From Planctomycetaceae bacterium (GTDB lineage Bacteria; Planctomycetota; Phycisphaerae; Phycisphaerales; UBA1924), in the NCBI GenBank assembly GCA_044507535.1, contig JBIQJK010000008.1:1299-65298 (forward strand): a DNA stretch of 64,000 bases, read 5' to 3'. A model generated the notes under the pieces. The model saw only the letters and a program-made list of their open reading frames with translations, did not search any database and had not been told where the DNA came from. Position numbers and translations under genes: made by a program. Shown here one piece after another: positions 59,701 to 64,000 of this stretch (position 1 is the first letter of the stretch; each line of letters begins with the position of its first letter).

Positions 59701-60197
59701 CCGCCCGCCTCTTCCTCCTCCCCCAGCAGCGCATCGTCCCGCTCCAGCCCCTCCAGCCGCTCCAGCACCGCCGCCGCGGCCGCCGGACCCACCCGCACCG
59801 TCTCCACCGTTACCCGCCCCAGCTCCGTCGCCCCCGAGCCGTTGCCGGCCGTGTGCCCCAGCGCGTGCGCCAGCCGCGGGCTCGGCACCGGCACACCGTC
59901 GCGCACCGGCAGCCGCAGCGTCAGCCCCGCAGCCTCGCCATCATCACCGTGGTGAACATCCCCGCCCAGCGCGACCCGGTCGAGCACGGGGGCGAGCATC
60001 GCCCGCAGCTCCGCGCTGTTCGCCGCGAACGGGTGCGGAGGCGCGGGAGCCTTCCGCTCGGCCTGCTCTCCATCCCCGCCCGGCGCACGGCCTCCAACCG
60101 CCGGCGTCGCGGGCGGCGACGCCTGGCTCCAGGACCGCGCGACTTCCGCCCAGATGTGCAGCGCCCCCTCTGACCAGTTCACATGGACGAGTCGCAT
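56787..60197 (-). CDS. SNF2-family DEAD/DEAH-box helicase with a long N-terminal SNF2-associated region
   Basis: Motif I [12 protein letters not shown], motif II [9 protein letters not shown], C-terminal helicase motifs LVFTQF...[44 protein letters not shown]. Confidence 0.9.
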   Translation of the reverse strand: [1136 protein letters not shown]

Positions 60198-60256
60198 CGC
60201 GCCGTTGCTTCCCCTTCACCGCCCCTGCCAGGCCCGCACGATGGGGCCTTCGTCAA

Positions 60257-60329
60257 TGAGGGCGCCGAGACTCGAACTCGGGACCAGCGGATTAAAAGTC
60301 CGATGCTCTACCAACTGAGCTACGCCCTC
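60257..60329 (-). tRNA. tRNA-Lys (anticodon UUU)
   Basis: Reverse complement GAGGGCGTAGCTCAGTTGGTAGAGCATCGGACTTTTAATCCGCTGGTCCCGAGTTCGAGTCTCGGCGCCCTCA. Anticodon loop CTTTTAA, acceptor stem GAGGGCG/CGCCCTC. Confidence 0.9.
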
Positions 60330-60432
60330 TCGCAGCCCCCGCCCGCCCGCTCCGGGCAGGGCGTGGGCCAGAGGTGATCATAGGGCCGCACCCCGCCCGC
60401 ATCGCCCCCCTCCACCCCTGGAACGCCCGCAA

Positions 60433-60467
60433 GCGAAAACGGGCGGGCCCGCAGGGGCCCGCCCGTT
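60433..60467 (-). terminator. intrinsic terminator of the large secreted-protein gene
   Basis: 13-bp stem AACGGGCGGGCCC gcag GGGCCCGCCCGTT. On the minus strand it is followed by TTTCGCTT. Confidence 0.65.
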
Positions 60468-60525
60468 GTGCTCTGCTCCCGCAGCGGCCGGATCACGCCC
60501 GGCCGGGGTTTTCCATGGCCGTCGA

Positions 60526-63500
60526 TCAGATCGACGGCAGGATCAGCCCCAGCGGCGTCCCGAGCGTCCCGAGCCCGCCCTGGAGGAAGGCGTCGTACCG
60601 GCCGGCGTACGCCGTGATCGGCGAGGGCGCCTTGACCGTCACGCTGTAGAACGTATCGCGCTCCGCCCGGGCGCCGCCGATGAACTCGTGGATGTCGAAG
60701 TCGTTGGCCGCCCGCGGCGTCAGCACGCGGAGGAACGTCTCCCGCCCGCCCAGGTCGCCGAACTCCGGCGCCGGCGCGAAGTCGATGCTGATCTCCACCG
60801 TCACCGGCTCCAGGCTGCTGCTGAACAGCCGCAGGTACTCCGTCACCGCCGTCCCCTGGCCGGGCCGGAAGCCCTCGGAGAAGAGCCAGTACGAGTGCGC
60901 CTCGTCCGTGAACCGCGTCGCCGCGCCGGCGCCGAAGGCGAAGCTCGACAGCGTCACCGACACGGGCGCGCTCGCCTCGTAGCTCACCGAGTACGGCTGG
61001 TTCAGCTTCGGGAATCCGGGCAGCTCGCCCACGCTGAACCCGCTGCGCCGGCCCGGCTGGACCAGGATCCGCTGCCGGAACGCGCTCTGGTTCGCGAACA
61101 TGAACGTGAAGGTCACCTCCGACGCCTGGGTCCCGGAGTTGAGCACCGTCACGAACTCCGTCTGCGAGTTCAGCCCGAGCTGCCCCTCCGGCGAGACGCC
61201 CCGCGTTGCGCCCGCGCCGGGGAGCCCCAGCACCGCGAACCCGCCGCCGAGGTTCATGTCGAAGTGCGTCAGCGCCGCCACGATCGGCGCCTCCGCGTCA
61301 AGCCGCATGGCGAACGGCCCGTCGGGGATGAAGGACGTGCTGCTCAGATCCCATCCGCCGCGGCGCCGCGGCCCGACCTCCTGCGTCAGCTGCGGGATGA
61401 ACGGGCTGCCCACCTCCGGGTAGATCGTCAGCGTCACCTTCACCGGCTGGTCCGAGGTGTTGTAGAACACCAGGAAGTCGCTCACGCCCGCGCCCTTGAA
61501 CCCCTCGCTGAACGTCCACGTCGTGCTCGTCTCGCTCGTGAACGCCTGGCCGGTGGAGATCCCGAAGTCGAAGTGGCTCAGCGTCGCCCCGACCGGCAGC
61601 GACGAGAGCACCTCCACCGCGAACGGCGTGTCCTTGTGCACCAGCTGCTGGTCCGCCGCGTACAGCTCCGGCGTGGTGATCGTCACCCCGCCGCGCGACG
61701 CCGCCGGCACGTTGCCGTCGAACAGCACCGTCGGCGCCAGGTCCGGGTTCTCGTACCGCGCGATCACCACCACCCGCGCCGGGATGTGGTGCGGGTTGTT
61801 CAGCGGCAGGAACGTGCTCGCCCGGCTGTTGGCGAACCCCTCCGGGTAGTACGTCGCGTACGGCAGGCCCTCCGGCGCCAGCGACGGGTCCGACGGGTTG
61901 GCCACCAGGTGCTTCGTCCCGGCCCCGTCCTCCATCGCCTCGAACTGCTCCCTCACCTCCGCCGGGGTGTCGCCCGTGAAGATGAAGTACCGCACCGTCA
62001 CCGTCGCCCCCGGCGAGATCGCGCCGATGTCGAAGCCGACGGTCAGCAGCCCGTCCCCCTCCACGCCCGAGTCGAACTGGCCCGGGTCCGGGTCCACCGG
62101 CGAGTTCACCACCTGGAACGCGTCGCGCACGCTGTCGGGCTGCTCCACCGACACCACAACGCTCGCGCCCCCGCCGGGCATCGGCGCGCCGATGCCGAAG
62201 GTCGCCCCGCCCGGGGCGTCCTCCCCGAAGAACGTCGAGGTCACCAGCCGGCCCGTGGAGTTGTCCACGTTGTTGAACGTCCGCGTGAACGGGCTCCCCA
62301 GGTTCACCGCCTGCGTCGGCCGGAAGCCCTCCACCCACCCCACGTTGTCCATCGTGAGGAACGTCGTGTTCGTCAGCGACACGTCCACCGCCACGAACCC
62401 GTCGCCGTTGGCGAACGACAGGGCGCGGCGGACCAGCAGCCCGCCGTTGGCGTCCGGCTGCGGCACGCTCGCCCGGAACAGCCCCTCGACCACCAGCCGC
62501 TGGTTCGAGTGGTCAGACTGGTTCGCCAGCGACACCGGCAGGTCGCTCTGGCGCGACCCCGCGTTGCGGAAGACGAACCCGTTGAACGTCGCCCCGTAGA
62601 ACGACTCCACGATCGGCGAGTCGCCGGAGGCGACGAACTCGACGTCGCCGCGGCGCAGACCCACACCGTCCGACGCGCCGCCGATCGTCCCGTCCTGGCC
62701 GATCCCCACCTGGAGATTGTCGCCTTCGAGCACCACCGGCTTGTCGGTCACCCCGCCGACGACCTGCAGCGTCAGCGTGTAGTCGCCGGTCGCGTCCGAG
62801 TTCTCCCCCGAGCCGCCCACCGTCGGGTTGTACTTCTGGTTCGCCCCGCCGGAGACCGCCAGGTAGTACGTCCCGGCGAACTGCACCGGGAACGAGATCG
62901 TCGCGTTGGGCGAGTCCAGCCGCGCGTCCAGCTGCAGCTCGTTCCCCTGCGAGTCGAACAGCCGCAGCACCGAGTCCAGCAGGTTCGGCGCCGAGTTCGG
63001 CCCCGTCGGCCGCACCGTCACCGTCGCCGTCACCGTCGTCCCGGCGTGCGCCGTGAAGCGGAACACGTCCACGTCACGCCGCCCGAAGGCGCCGTCCCCC
63101 ACCCGCGCCTCGAACGCCGCCGAGCCCGTCCCGTTCACCTGCGTGTCCGTCGCCGTCGCGAGCGTGTCGTTGAACTCGAACGGCCCGGCGATCGCGTTGT
63201 CCAGCGTCAGCTCCAGCGCCCACCCCAGCAGCGTCCCGCTGTTGAGCGCCGTCGAGTCCGTGACCGTCAGCGTCCACCACCCCTCGGCCGAGTCCCGGTC
63301 CACCGCGTCCAGCTCCCCCTCCGGCCGGAACGACCCGGTGAACGGCGCCGTCCCCTGCGAGATCGCGAGCGGGGCCTCGTCGTCGAAGACCGTGTCGATG
63401 AAGTCGTCCCCCGCCCCGCCCCGGTTGAGCACCAGCGGGATCGTCACGCCCGTCGGCGAGGTCAGGTAGATCCGCAGGTCCCCCACGTACGAGTGCTGGA

Positions 63501-64000
63501 TATTCACCCGCACATTCAGGTCCTGCACCGCCCGCACGTCCGGCACGAAGATCCGGCTCGTGATCGTCCCCTGCTCGGGGATGTTGAGCGGCCCGTCCCC
63601 CGAGGCGTAGGTGATCCCCTCGCTCGCCGCCTCGTCCACCTGGAACGTGATGTTGTACGTCCCCGTCGAGCCCCCCGGCGTCCCCGTCGCGATCTGCGCC
63701 GGGTTGTACCCGCTGTTGCCGAACCCCGACACCCCGACGTAGTACCGCCCGCCGGCGGGCACGAAGAACTGCACGCGGCTGTCCAGCCCGTTGAAGTTGT
63801 CGTTGATCGCCAGCTCGCGCCCCGAGGCGTCGAACAGCCGCAGCACCGAGTCCAGCGTGGACGGGATCGGCAGGTTCCTCGCGTCCACCCGCACCGTGAT
63901 CAGCCCAGGCCCGCCCAGCGTCAGCCGGTAGATGTCCACGTCCTGCGTCGAGTTGGCCCCGTCGCCGATCACGATCCCGTTGAACGACGCCGCGCCCTGC
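60526..64000 (-). CDS. very large secreted protein (5' end outside the window) with pre-peptidase C-terminal (PPC) domains and a proprotein-convertase P domain
   Basis: The frame stays open to the window edge (upstream codons read ...QGAASFNGIVIGDG). PPC-like blocks DVDIYRLTL.../DVDVFRFTA.... The P-domain block is VQDLNVRVNIQHSYVGDLRIYLTSPTGVTIPL...GWWTLTVTDSTALNSGTLLGWALEL. I do not recognise the C-terminal ~600 residues. Confidence 0.75.
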   Translation of the reverse strand, partial: QGAASFNGIVIGDGANSTQDVDIYRLTLGGPGLITVRVDARNLPIPSTLDSVLRLFDASGRELAINDNFNGLDSRVQFFVPAGGRYYVGVSGFGNSGYNPAQIATGTPGGSTGTYNITFQVDEAASEGITYASGDGPLNIPEQGTITSRIFVPDVRAVQDLNVRVNIQHSYVGDLRIYLTSPTGVTIPLVLNRGGAGDDFIDTVFDDEAPLAISQGTAPFTGSFRPEGELDAVDRDSAEGWWTLTVTDSTALNSGTLLGWALELTLDNAIAGPFEFNDTLATATDTQVNGTGSAAFEARVGDGAFGRRDVDVFRFTAHAGTTVTATVTVRPTGPNSAPNLLDSVLRLFDSQGNELQLDARLDSPNATISFPVQFAGTYYLAVSGGANQKYNPTVGGSGENSDATGDYTLTLQVVGGVTDKPVVLEGDNLQVGIGQDGTIGGASDGVGLRRGDVEFVASGDSPIVESFYGATFNGFVFRNAGSRQSDLPVSLANQSDHSNQRLVVEGLFRASVPQPDANGGLLVRRALSFANGDGFVAVDVSLTNTTFLTMDNVGWVEGFRPTQAVNLGSPFTRTFNNVDNSTGRLVTSTFFGEDAPGGATFGIGAPMPGGGASVVVSVEQPDSVRDAFQVVNSPVDPDPGQFDSGVEGDGLLTVGFDIGAISPGATVTVRYFIFTGDTPAEVREQFEAMEDGAGTKHLVANPSDPSLAPEGLPYATYYPEGFANSRASTFLPLNNPHHIPARVVVIARYENPDLAPTVLFDGNVPAASRGGVTITTPELYAADQQLVHKDTPFAVEVLSSLPVGATLSHFDFGISTGQAFTSETSTTWTFSEGFKGAGVSDFLVFYNTSDQPVKVTLTIYPEVGSPFIPQLTQEVGPRRRGGWDLSSTSFIPDGPFAMRLDAEAPIVAALTHFDMNLGGGFAVLGLPGAGATRGVSPEGQLGLNSQTEFVTVLNSGTQASEVTFTFMFANQSAFRQRILVQPGRRSGFSVGELPGFPKLNQPYSVSYEASAPVSVTLSSFAFGAGAATRFTDEAHSYWLFSEGFRPGQGTAVTEYLRLFSSSLEPVTVEISIDFAPAPEFGDLGGRETFLRVLTPRAANDFDIHEFIGGARAERDTFYSVTVKAPSPITAYAGRYDAFLQGGLGTLGTPLGLILPSI

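Overview
This is a very GC-rich (about 70% by eye, not computed), densely coding bacterial chromosomal segment. I saw no rRNA, CRISPR array, transposase, integrase or prophage genes. The gene content suggests a Planctomycetota (Phycisphaerae-like) genome: a DUF1800/DUF1501 pair, a PEP-CTERM-like tail, a small protein I recall as Planctomycetes/Verrucomicrobia-restricted, and alternative complex III plus a caa3 oxidase. That assignment is inference only. Layout, left to right: (1) 0-10.7 kb holds mixed housekeeping genes with three DNA-lesion enzymes (UdgX-like uracil-DNA glycosylase, UV damage endonuclease UvdE, 3-methyladenine glycosylase Mpg), a trypsin-like protease with no signal peptide, an SDR, a Zn-ADH, an SRPBCC protein and an AI-2E transporter. 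(2) 10.7-15.3 kb encodes System II cytochrome c biogenesis (ccsA, resB). (3) 18.0-33.6 kb is a co-directional minus-strand array of 13 genes with short gaps: actABCDEF (alternative complex III), a small His-rich membrane ORF, SCO, caa3 oxidase subunits II/I/III/IV and a two-TM hypothetical. Heme A synthase sits divergently at 33.9-35.4 kb. (4) 35.6-41 kb has DUF1800/DUF1501, a zinc-ribbon membrane protein, a Gly-rich PEP-CTERM-like protein and a superoxide dismutase. (5) 41.6-48.6 kb has a sigma-70 family factor, PilT, a membrane-anchored PilB/GspE-family protein whose ATP-binding motifs look degenerate, and a CvpA-domain fusion protein. No other pilus or secretion genes are nearby, and I rate this the most interesting part of the window. 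(6) 48.7-55.2 kb is a translation/housekeeping block (rplI, ssb, an inserted O-methyltransferase, rpsF, pth, rplY/ctc, prs, a GlmU-like uridyltransferase lacking the acetyltransferase half). It lacks rpsR at its usual position, and unusual structured or G-run-rich spacers sit between some of the genes. (7) 55.2-60.3 kb is a SWIM zinc-finger + SNF2 helicase pair bracketed by tRNA-Gln and tRNA-Lys. (8) 60.5-64 kb is the 3' part of a very large secreted protein with PPC and proprotein-convertase P domains. Many long ORFs in the supplied track are antisense or out-of-frame shadow ORFs typical of high-GC DNA, and I did not call them.
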